A stretch of DNA of 64,000 bases, from assembly GCA_020431405.1 (NCBI GenBank), contig JAGQIK010000493.1:7121-71120 (forward strand), written 5' to 3'. Below the pieces are notes generated by a model that had not been told where the DNA came from, ran no database searches, and saw nothing but the letters and a program-made list of their open reading frames with translations. Numbering within the stretch: position 1 is the first letter of the stretch; the number at the start of each line of letters is the position of its first letter. This DNA comes from Myxococcales bacterium (lineage in GTDB: Bacteria > Myxococcota_A > Polyangia > GCA-2747355). This document shows, piece by piece, positions 27,773 to 38,546 of the stretch. The position numbers were made by a program, and so were the translations under genes.

Positions 27773-29086
27773 TCAGGCGCTTGCGGTGCCGCTGGCGACC
27801 GCCGCGCGCAGCGCTTCGCGCCCTGCTTCGAGGGTGCGGTCGAGGTGCGACTCGAGGTGCGCCACCGAGACGAAGCCGGCCTCGAACTGCGAGGGCGCCA
27901 GGTAGATCCCGCGCTCGAGCATCTCGTGATGAAAGCGCGAAAAGAGGGCGGTATCGGAGCGCTTGGCCGAGGCGAAGTCCGTCACCGGACCTTCGTTGAA
28001 GAAGGCCGTGAACATCGAGCCCACCTGGTTGACCGTCATCGGCACGCCGATCTCTTCGGCGGCGCCGAGCATGCCTTTGCACAGCCGCGCGGTACGCGAC
28101 TCGAGCTCGGCGTAGGGGTTATCGCGCTCGAGCAGCTCGAGCGTGGCGCGCCCGGCAGCGACGGCGAGCGGATTGCCCGACAGCGTGCCGGCCTGGTAGA
28201 CCGGCCCGTCTGGCGAGACCTGGTTCATGATCTCGGCCTTGCCGCCGTACGCCGCCGCCGGCAGACCGCCGCCGATGATCTTGCCCAGACACGTCAGGTC
28301 GGGCGTCACGCCGTAGCGCGCCTGCGCGCCGCCGAGCGCCACGCGGAAGCCGCACATCACCTCGTCGAAGATCAACAGCGCGCCGTGCGCGCGCGTCAGC
28401 TCGCGCAGCCCCTCGAGGTAGCCCGGCCCCGGTGGCACGCAGCCCATGTTGCCCGGCACCGGCTCGACGATGATCGCGGCGATGGCCCCTGCGTGCGCCT
28501 CGAAATGCGCGCGCACGGCGTCGAGGTCGTTGAACTCGACGAGCAGCGTGTCCTGCGCGGTGCCCGCCGGCACGCCTGCCGAGTCCGGCACGCCGAAGGT
28601 CGCGGCGCCCGAGCCGGCCTTGACCAGCAGCGCATCGACGTGGCCGTGGTAGCCGCCGATGATCTTGATGATCTTGTCGCGCTTGGTGAAGCCGCGCGCC
28701 AGGCGCAGCGCGCTCATGGTCGCTTCGGTGCCGCTGTTGACCATGCGCACTTTCTCGAGCGACGGCACGATGCGAACCAGCTGCTCGGCGAGGTCGACCT
28801 CGGCCTCCGTGCACGCGCCGAAGCTCGTGCCGCGCGAGGCCGCCTCGGTGACGGCAGCGATCACCGACTTGGGCGCGTGGCCGAGAATCATCGGACCCCA
28901 GCTGGCGACGTAGTCGATGTACTTGTTGCCGTCGACGTCCCAGATCTCCGGGCCCTTGGCGTGATGGATCACCACCGGCTTGCCCTGCACCGCGCGAAAG
29001 GCGCGCACCGGGCTGTTGACGCCGCCGGGGATAACCTTGGCGCCGCGCTCGAAGATCATCTGTGACTGGTCGCGTTTGAGCGCCAT
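27773..29086 (-). CDS. hemL: Glutamate-1-semialdehyde 2,1-aminomutase
   Basis: FERGAKVIPGGVNSPVRAF, SGTEATMSALRLARG, LIFDEVMCGFR, GKIIGGGLPAAAYGG. Confidence 0.95.
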   Translation of the reverse strand: MALKRDQSQMIFERGAKVIPGGVNSPVRAFRAVQGKPVVIHHAKGPEIWDVDGNKYIDYVASWGPMILGHAPKSVIAAVTEAASRGTSFGACTEAEVDLAEQLVRIVPSLEKVRMVNSGTEATMSALRLARGFTKRDKIIKIIGGYHGHVDALLVKAGSGAATFGVPDSAGVPAGTAQDTLLVEFNDLDAVRAHFEAHAGAIAAIIVEPVPGNMGCVPPGPGYLEGLRELTRAHGALLIFDEVMCGFRVALGGAQARYGVTPDLTCLGKIIGGGLPAAAYGGKAEIMNQVSPDGPVYQAGTLSGNPLAVAAGRATLELLERDNPYAELESRTARLCKGMLGAAEEIGVPMTVNQVGSMFTAFFNEGPVTDFASAKRSDTALFSRFHHEMLERGIYLAPSQFEAGFVSVAHLESHLDRTLEAGREALRAAVASGTASA

Positions 29087-29089
29087 GGC

Positions 29090-31618
<2,529 letters not shown>

Positions 31619-31684
31619 CTCGAGCGGTGAGGAACTGCGGTGAGCGTCGCGGATTCAACGCGGCTCGCGCCGCGAGGAATATCA

Positions 31685-31718
31685 GATTGATTTCGACCGC
31701 TGACGCGGTCGAATTACC
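31685..31718. repeat. Palindromic 34-nt motif, copy 1 (GATTGATTTCGACCGC-TGAC-GCGGTCGAATTACC); copy 2 at 56446..56480
   Basis: 11-bp arms with 1 mismatch around TGAC. About 30 of 36 positions are shared with copy 2, including the AT-rich flanks. Confidence 0.7.
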
Positions 31719-31831
31719 GCGATAACGGCGCAAGATCAACCGGCCCGCGACACCGCGCAGTCGCACAGCTGTCCCATGCGCGGCGGCCGTTCAGCAGTGC
31801 GCCAAGTGCCTGAAATCGTGGGCTCTGGCGC

Positions 31832-31846
31832 TGGCATATGGCGTGC
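31832..31846 (+). promoter_or_regulatory. Sigma-54-type -24/-12 match in front of the M23 lipoprotein gene
   Basis: TGGCATA-TGGC-GTGCT with GG-N10-GC spacing. The -12 C is 14 nt from ATG 31861 (leaderless geometry). No SD is visible. Confidence 0.3.
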
Positions 31847-31860
31847 TTCTAGCTGCCGCC

Positions 31861-34554
31861 ATGACTATCAAGCGCCTCTGTCTCGCCGTCTCCCTCGTCG
31901 TCGCCGCTTCCGCCTGCAACGACCCGTCGCCGCCCGCCGCAGCGGCGCTGTCGTTGCTCCAGCCGCACGACGGCGAGCTCGTGCGCGCCGGCGCGCGTCA
32001 GACCGTGATCGTTTCGGCCCCCGAGCACGACGCGGCCGACCTCGCGGTCAGCGTGCAGGGCGCGCAGCGCGCGGTCGACTGGCGGCGCGTGGACGAGGGC
32101 TGGGCGTTTGACCTCGACGTGCCGAGCGATGCGGGCGACGAGCCGCTGAGGATTGCCATCGCGAGCGCCAAAAACGCGCGCCCCGTTCGCCTGTCACTCG
32201 TCGTGCGCTCGCCTCGCGCCGTCGTGACCGCCAAGCTCGACGGCAGCGCGACGCAGATCACAGAGGGGGCGCTGACGATCGAGCTCGACGCGGGCGCCGT
32301 CGACACGGCGGGCGAAGCCGAGCTCGCGGCGTATACGCCGAGCGCGATCCCGGCCGTGGTCGAAGCCGGCGTCGCGGCGCTTTCGGATGTTTATCGGTTG
32401 CACCTGACGCAGCTGCCGGCAGCGATCAAGAAGCCGCTGCGCGTCACGCTCGCGCTCGACGCTCAGAAGCTCGCCGAGCTCGACAACGACGTGATCAAGA
32501 CCGTCTCGCTGCGCGTGATCTACGACACCAGCGGCGCCGATGACGATCCTGACAGCGATGGCGAGACGGTCGCCGCGCGGGCGTTGCCTGCCGAGGTTCG
32601 CCGCGACGCGAGCGGAAGCGCGCAGCTGGTGGCGGAGCTTCCGCCGCAGGCCTTCACGCGCAGCGGGTCGAGCAGCGCCAAGTTCCTCTTCACTATCGAA
32701 CAGGCGCCGCTTCGCATCCGACAAGTGCAGCTCTGCGAGCAGGGCGGCTCGGGCGAGTGCGTGTCGTTGCCGCACGGTGCCTTGCAGCTCGAGCAGAGCG
32801 GGCGCGCCACCAAGCTGACGGCCGAGATCGACTGGACATCGATGCCGCCAGCGACGGTCGACCCGCTGGCGAGCATCAAGCTCAACTCGCCCTTCAATCC
32901 CTATCGCGAGTTCAGCAAACGCATGCATTTGGGCGTAGACCTGAAGGCGATCGACGGTACGCCGGCGCTGGCGGTCTGGGATGGAGACGCCGTGGCGGTA
33001 CTGCGCAACGAGGACACCGGCATGCTCAGCGTCTCACTCAAATCGAGCGAGAAGCCAGACTTCACGGCGAAATACCTACATGTGAGCGACGTGACAGGTT
33101 TCACTGCGGAGTTCAAGCGCGGCGAGCGTATCGGCGAGCGCTTCACCAGCACGGAGCCGCTGACCCTCACCGACTTCGAGCTGCTGCTCATCACCTCCGC
33201 CGTCTACGCACCCGTCAGCGGCACCTACACGCTCGCCTGTCGCGGCCACGCGCTCGAACAACCCTGGTGGTACGAGCTGCAGTATCCCAATCGGACGCTC
33301 TGCTCGGTGACCGTCACCTCGGGAGGCACGACACGCACCATCGACCAGATCTACCGGCTGCGCGATGGCAAGTTCCGCCGTCAGGTCAAAGCGGGCGAAG
33401 AGCTCGCCAAGACCGGGCGTAGCGGCACCAAGGCGCCGCACCTGCACTACGAGGTGCACTACACGCGACGCGGCAGCTACGCGCTCGACCCATCGCTCTT
33501 TCACACCAGCATCTCGTCAATAACGAAGCTCAACCCCGACGGCGGGGCGCCGCCGCGCTCGCCGGCGATGCGGTTTGGCGCGGCGATCGCGGGCGCGGTG
33601 ATCAGGAGCGCCGTTCTCGGCGTGGACGAAAAGAAACAGCCCACCGAGCTCGCGCAGTGCCCCGTGGTGGGCGGCGATGTGCACGCCCAGCCGGTCAAGC
33701 TGCTCGGCCCCGGCAACGTCACGCGCGCGAGCTTCGAGCTCGGCCGCTGTCTGCACGACATCCTCTGCGGCGACGCGGCTGTCGCGAGCAACCTCGATGT
33801 GACCTTCGGCGCGCAGACGTACTGGGCCCCCGGCTCGTGGGAGAAGAACAAGAACGAGTGGGCCGCCCTCTTCGATTTTGTCGCCGATCCGCGCAGCGCC
33901 AAGGTCACCTGCTCGGCCGACCCGCTGCCGAAAGATCCGCCGCCGCCGCCGACAACGCCCGGCGATTGGACCGAGACCACCACCGCCGACGCGAGCTACA
34001 CGACAGGACCCAAGGCCGGCGACACGCAGACGCGCAGGATCGTGCGCTCTGTGGTCGGCAGTACGATGACCACGACCACCACCACCAGCGATGTGATCAT
34101 CGTCGAGGGAAAGAACAACCAGCCGGGCTGGACATTCACGCTGGACTCCGTCTCGACGGTGACCAAGAGCTACGACGGCCAGCAGACCATCACCACCGTG
34201 ACGCGCGTGCAGCAGACGTTCGTCAATCAGAACGGCGACGGCAAGACCAACAGCACTGACAACACGACCACACAGACGTCGAGCTGCCCGACGCCTGCGA
34301 CGTGTCGCGCGATGTTCGCGTCGCCAGGCCTCGAAGGCCCGTTGCGCGACAAGCCGAGAAACCCGACCTGCCGTTGGCTCGGCCCCGGAAAGGCGGCGAT
34401 GATCGGCACCGACGGCAGCGTCTACAAATGGACCACGCAGGGGGCCGACCACACCCTCGCCGAGAGCTATCAGTGCTCGAACTGCGGCGGCAAGCCGACG
34501 AGCAGCTGCCAGTGCGTGTTCGTCAACAACGCACCCTACGCGCTCTGCCAGTAG
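31861..34554 (+). CDS. Large lipoprotein with an M23 (LytM-type) metallopeptidase domain carrying an internal insertion, plus a Thr-rich C-terminal region
   Basis: MTIKRLCLAVSLVVAASAC lipobox. HxxxD motif MHLGVDLKAIDGTPALAV. HxH motif GRSGTKAPHLHYEVHY, about 170 aa later. Confidence 0.78.
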   Translation: MTIKRLCLAVSLVVAASACNDPSPPAAAALSLLQPHDGELVRAGARQTVIVSAPEHDAADLAVSVQGAQRAVDWRRVDEGWAFDLDVPSDAGDEPLRIAIASAKNARPVRLSLVVRSPRAVVTAKLDGSATQITEGALTIELDAGAVDTAGEAELAAYTPSAIPAVVEAGVAALSDVYRLHLTQLPAAIKKPLRVTLALDAQKLAELDNDVIKTVSLRVIYDTSGADDDPDSDGETVAARALPAEVRRDASGSAQLVAELPPQAFTRSGSSSAKFLFTIEQAPLRIRQVQLCEQGGSGECVSLPHGALQLEQSGRATKLTAEIDWTSMPPATVDPLASIKLNSPFNPYREFSKRMHLGVDLKAIDGTPALAVWDGDAVAVLRNEDTGMLSVSLKSSEKPDFTAKYLHVSDVTGFTAEFKRGERIGERFTSTEPLTLTDFELLLITSAVYAPVSGTYTLACRGHALEQPWWYELQYPNRTLCSVTVTSGGTTRTIDQIYRLRDGKFRRQVKAGEELAKTGRSGTKAPHLHYEVHYTRRGSYALDPSLFHTSISSITKLNPDGGAPPRSPAMRFGAAIAGAVIRSAVLGVDEKKQPTELAQCPVVGGDVHAQPVKLLGPGNVTRASFELGRCLHDILCGDAAVASNLDVTFGAQTYWAPGSWEKNKNEWAALFDFVADPRSAKVTCSADPLPKDPPPPPTTPGDWTETTTADASYTTGPKAGDTQTRRIVRSVVGSTMTTTTTTSDVIIVEGKNNQPGWTFTLDSVSTVTKSYDGQQTITTVTRVQQTFVNQNGDGKTNSTDNTTTQTSSCPTPATCRAMFASPGLEGPLRDKPRNPTCRWLGPGKAAMIGTDGSVYKWTTQGADHTLAESYQCSNCGGKPTSSCQCVFVNNAPYALCQ

Positions 34555-34573
34555 CGTGTCTTAGCTTTTGGCT

Positions 34574-36547
34574 CTAGCTCGAGCTGGCGGCGCTTGCCGC
34601 TTGCTCGTCTTCGGCGGTGCCGGCCGCCGCGCGCTGCGAGCCTTCGCCATCGGCCGTGTCGGCGGTGGCGATGTCGTCGAGCGGCGCAGACGAGGTCTTG
34701 CCCGAAGCACCATTGCCGCCCGAGCCATTGCCAGCGGGGGGCATGCTGCCGTCGCCCGGGATCGTCGCCGCCGACGCCGACACCTCGGCGTCTGCCTCGG
34801 CGAGGCGCTGCGCGGCGCGCGTCTTGGGCGTCCCCGGGTCGGTCAGCTCTTCGTGCGTCAGCATCTGACCGTAGTCGACGTCGTCGTCATCGTCGTCGAG
34901 CTCGGGCGCCGACGTAAAGACGGCCGTCTCGCGGCGATGCCGCTCCTTCTTCACTGCGACCGTGCGCGGGTGCAGCGTCTCGTTGGCGTCGCGGATCGCG
35001 TCGGCGTCCGCGCCGGCGAGCACACCGTCCTCGCTCTCGGCGCGCGCGTTCATCACCTCGAGGAAGATGTCAGCGATCTCGACGTCGAACTGCGTGCCGC
35101 GGCAACGCTTGATCTCGGCCAGCGCCGCGTCCATCGGGCGCGCCTGGCGATAGGCGCGGTCGGAGGTCATCGCGTCGAAGGAGTCGGCCACGGCGATGAT
35201 GCGGCCGAGCAGCGGGATGTCTTCTCCGGCTAGTCCCTGCGGGTAGCCGTTGCCGTCCCAGCGCTCGTGGTGGCAATAGACACCGGGCACCAGGTCGCGC
35301 AAGAACGGGATCGGCTCGAGGATGCGCTTGCCCTTCTCGGGGTGCGTGCGCAGCAGCGCGAACTCCTCCTCGGTGAGCTTCTCGGCCTTGTTGAGCTTCT
35401 CGGTGGGAATGCCGATCTTGCCGATGTCGTGGACCTGTGCCGAGAGCACGACGCGGTCGACCATCTTGGCGTCGAGGTTCATGCCCTCGGCGATGAGCTT
35501 CGAGTAGATCGAGACACGCTCGGAGTGACCGCGCGTGTAGTTGTCGTTCTCCTCGATGGCGTTGGCGAAGCCGACGATGGTCTGGCGGAAGTTTTCTTCG
35601 AGGCTCAGGTTGGCCGCCTCGAGGTCCTGGTTGGACTGCAGCAGGTTCTCGTAGAGGCTGGCGTTCTCGATGCTGACCGCGGCGCGGCTGCCCATGATCG
35701 CCAGCATCTTGCGCTGGCCTTCAGTGAACTTGAAGCCGCGCTGGTAGCTGTACGCGTTGAGCATGCCGATCACGCGATGCCGCTCCTTGAGCGGGATCGA
35801 GCAGAACGACGTGATGCGCTTGGAGCGCGGCGGGCGCTTGAAGAAGCGGTTGTTCTGCGCGCCATGTGCGAGCAGCGGGCGGTCTTCTGCGTAGAAGCGC
35901 AACACCTCTTCGATGTTGAGCTCGCCGCAGAGGTCTTCCTCGTCGGCGCCCTCGATGTTGCAGCGGCGCAGCCGCTCGCCGAAGTAGTGCTCGTCGTCAC
36001 CGTCCTGCAGCATCAGCGTGACCATGTCCGCCTTCATCTCTTCGAGCGTCGTGTCGATGACGAGATTGAGGATATGGTCGAGGCTGAGGCTCTGGCTGAT
36101 GGCCTCGGAGATCTTGTAGAGCGAGAGCGCCTCTTTGAGGCGGATGTTCTCGAGCTGCAGGCGCTGTCGGTCGAGACCGCGCTGGACGATGTGCACGACT
36201 TCCTCGACCTTGAACGGCTTGAGGATGTAGTCGTAGGCACCCTTCTTCATCGCTTCGATCGCCGTCTCGACGGTGCCGAAGCCGGTCATGATGACCGTGA
36301 GCACGTTGAGGTTGTGCTCGTTGATCTGCTCGAGCAGCTCCAGACCGCCCATGTTGGGCATCTTCAGGTCGGAGATGACGAGGTTGTAGGAGCGTCGCTT
36401 GAGCTCGGCGAGCGCAGCTTCGCCGTCCTCGACCGTGCGGACGAGGAAACCCTCCATAGTTAGAAAATCGCTTAGAATCTCGCGGATGACTTTCTCGTCG
36501 TCGACGACGAGTACCCGCGGGGCTTCTTCGTGGAGACTGTACTCCAT
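34574..36547 (-). CDS. Response regulator with REC, GAF and HD-GYP domains (RpfG-like c-di-GMP phosphodiesterase) and a roughly 170-aa acidic low-complexity tail
   Basis: VLVVDDEKVIREIL...LVISDLKMPNMGG...KPF. HSERVSIYS...VHDIGKIGIP...HHERWDGNGYPQGL. Confidence 0.9.
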   Translation of the reverse strand: MEYSLHEEAPRVLVVDDEKVIREILSDFLTMEGFLVRTVEDGEAALAELKRRSYNLVISDLKMPNMGGLELLEQINEHNLNVLTVIMTGFGTVETAIEAMKKGAYDYILKPFKVEEVVHIVQRGLDRQRLQLENIRLKEALSLYKISEAISQSLSLDHILNLVIDTTLEEMKADMVTLMLQDGDDEHYFGERLRRCNIEGADEEDLCGELNIEEVLRFYAEDRPLLAHGAQNNRFFKRPPRSKRITSFCSIPLKERHRVIGMLNAYSYQRGFKFTEGQRKMLAIMGSRAAVSIENASLYENLLQSNQDLEAANLSLEENFRQTIVGFANAIEENDNYTRGHSERVSIYSKLIAEGMNLDAKMVDRVVLSAQVHDIGKIGIPTEKLNKAEKLTEEEFALLRTHPEKGKRILEPIPFLRDLVPGVYCHHERWDGNGYPQGLAGEDIPLLGRIIAVADSFDAMTSDRAYRQARPMDAALAEIKRCRGTQFDVEIADIFLEVMNARAESEDGVLAGADADAIRDANETLHPRTVAVKKERHRRETAVFTSAPELDDDDDDVDYGQMLTHEELTDPGTPKTRAAQRLAEADAEVSASAATIPGDGSMPPAGNGSGGNGASGKTSSAPLDDIATADTADGEGSQRAAAGTAEDEQAASAASSS

Positions 36548-36757
36548 TCGATTTGTTCGAGGCCCCCCACGAGCAATCGCCCAACCCTCCTCGCGGCGGA
36601 GCGGCGCTCGCTATCATCGGTGCCGCGCTGGCAGAGGGAGCACTTTCCCACCTACGCAGCGCGCACGTGCTTGTCCAAGACTACTAAATTTAAACTCTAA
36701 ATGGCGATGCCGTCAACGGCTGGGATCAGCGATGGTATCCGCGGCTCTCGTGCAAAC

Positions 36758-38374
36758 TCACGTATTTATAGCCGCGCGGGCCTGAGGGGGCGGCTCGTCT
36801 TCCTCGTCCACGCTCGGCCGAAGCTCCGGAAACCACGAGTAGAAGACCATCAGCTTGCGCCGTCGAGACGGTTCGAGATAGTCGAGGTTGTCGCCGCGGT
36901 CGATGATCTCCCAGAAATCCTTGTTCTCCACGGCGAGGATCTCCTCGCGGATCGAGATCAGCCGCGTCAGCGGCTCGTCGGCCATGTCCTCGAAGATCAG
37001 GCGCGCTAGCTCGTCGGCGCCCACGTCGAGATAGTAGGTCGCCAGCTTGATCTGCGCCTTGCGCACGCCGCGCAGCGAGCGCTCCTCCGACTCGGTCTCG
37101 GGCGCTTTGTCGACCTCGAGGAAGGTCTCCAGCAGGCTCCACTCGTTGACCGATTTGACCTCGTGGGCCACCTCGCAGAGGCGGCACATGTCGTAGGCCG
37201 CCGTCTCGGTGACGAACGACAGCCCGCGAATGTTGGCGGTCTGGCCGTAGTACTTGAAGTGCTGCGCGAGGTCGATGACCTCGTCGTTCCAGCCGGCGTG
37301 CAGCACGGCCTCGGCGAGCTGCCGATACTGGTGCAGCGTGTTGTACGCCGTGCGCACGTCCTTGGCGTTGATCGCGGCGCGCAGGTACGTGTTGAAGAAC
37401 TTGATCGCCAGCTGCAGCATCGGGTGATCGCCGCAGCGGATCGCCGCCTCGGCCATGTAGCGCGTGTTGATCGCCACCAGCTGGTTGATGTCGCGCATGC
37501 CGTTGAGGCACTCGATATAGATCGTCTGGTACTGGCGCAGCGCCGCGAACTCGAGCCAGGTGTGGCCCGCCGAGAGCGCCTCGACGCTCTGCTCGGCCAT
37601 CACGGTGAAGTCCGGGTTGCGCATCAGGCCGCCGCCGATGACGAACCACGACTCGTCGAGCTCGCGCTTGCGCTCGGTGTAGTTGACGGCGAGGTCCTTG
37701 AGCGCGTCCACCGTGCGCGAGGCGATGATGCGGTCCTTGTTCTGCACCGAGTTGATCGCCACGTCGGCGAGCTGCTCGATGCCGTTGAGCACGCTGGCTT
37801 GGCGGTCGTCGACGGTGCGCCGCTCGCGCCGATCGCCGACGGCGTCCGCGAGCGCCTGCTCCTGCAGGCGCATCACGATGCGCTCGGGGTCGAGGAACGC
37901 GAAGACGTAGACGAAGTAGGGGATCAGAACCAGGATCGACGCCGTCATCATCGCCACCGTCACGCCGATCAGCACGTGCGGCACGAACTGCGAGTGCACC
38001 ACGAAGGTGCTCCAGATGCAGTGGATCGAGGTGATGACGAAGAACGACAGCACCAGCAGGTTGGTGCGGTCGCGAAAGAACATCTCGGTTACGCGCGGCG
38101 TGTAGCGCGTCGCAGACAGCTGCAGGACGATCGAGACGACGGTGATGGCGATACCGAGGATCGCGACGACGACCTCCGGCAGGTTGCCCAGCGCGCTCTG
38201 CATGTCGCTGGCGCGATAGCCCGTGATCGTCGCCCAGAAGCCGACGCCCTTGGGCCCAAGCCAGGCGTGCACGGCGACGAGCAGCGCGAACCACGCCAGC
38301 GCGATGCCGCCGAGCAGCAGCACCGGGTAGACCCAGACGCGCCGGCGGTCCTGCTGCGGTTGTTCTGCGGCCAC
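36758..38374 (-). CDS. DUF2254-family membrane protein
   Basis: GTG start. ITVVSIVLQLSATRYTPRVTEMFFRDRTNLLVLSFF matches the family's conserved TM2-3 region. Large soluble C-terminal domain. Confidence 0.68.
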   Translation of the reverse strand: MAAEQPQQDRRRVWVYPVLLLGGIALAWFALLVAVHAWLGPKGVGFWATITGYRASDMQSALGNLPEVVVAILGIAITVVSIVLQLSATRYTPRVTEMFFRDRTNLLVLSFFVITSIHCIWSTFVVHSQFVPHVLIGVTVAMMTASILVLIPYFVYVFAFLDPERIVMRLQEQALADAVGDRRERRTVDDRQASVLNGIEQLADVAINSVQNKDRIIASRTVDALKDLAVNYTERKRELDESWFVIGGGLMRNPDFTVMAEQSVEALSAGHTWLEFAALRQYQTIYIECLNGMRDINQLVAINTRYMAEAAIRCGDHPMLQLAIKFFNTYLRAAINAKDVRTAYNTLHQYRQLAEAVLHAGWNDEVIDLAQHFKYYGQTANIRGLSFVTETAAYDMCRLCEVAHEVKSVNEWSLLETFLEVDKAPETESEERSLRGVRKAQIKLATYYLDVGADELARLIFEDMADEPLTRLISIREEILAVENKDFWEIIDRGDNLDYLEPSRRRKLMVFYSWFPELRPSVDEEDEPPPQARAAINT

Positions 38375-38444
38375 GACAAACAGTCTAAATCCAAGTCTCT
38401 ATCGAAGTCTAAGGACTCGGTGCCGCTGCTCACGCGAGGTTGCA

Positions 38445-38487
38445 GGCGGGGCGTGCACCCCCGCCGACGTTCGAGCAACCGCTCGAA
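38445..38487. promoter_or_regulatory. Two strong inverted repeats upstream of the 38518 -24/-12 match
   Basis: GGCGGGG-CGTGCAC-CCCCGCC (38445-38465) and TTCGAGC-AACC-GCTCGAA (38470-38487), between divergent genes. Confidence 0.3.
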
Positions 38488-38517
38488 ATGAGGTGCCGCG
38501 AGGCCGCACGGCTCGGA

Positions 38518-38532
38518 TGGCACGAGGTCTGC
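38518..38532 (+). promoter_or_regulatory. Sigma-54-type -24/-12 match in front of the repeat/beta-helix lipoprotein gene
   Basis: TGGCACG-AGGT-CTGCT. Caveats: it overlaps an alternative in-frame ATG (38517), and an SD-like GGAG (38538-38541) lies between it and ATG 38547. Confidence 0.3.
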
Positions 38533-38546
38533 TCTGTTGGAGCGGC

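Noticed and set aside
36663-36679. Sigma-54-like TTGGACA-AGCAC-GTGC (minus strand) upstream of the HD-GYP regulator.
   Set aside because: The spacing is right, but the -24 element has three mismatches (TGGACA versus TGGCAC) and the -12 is GTGC. It is too weak to call without a matrix score.
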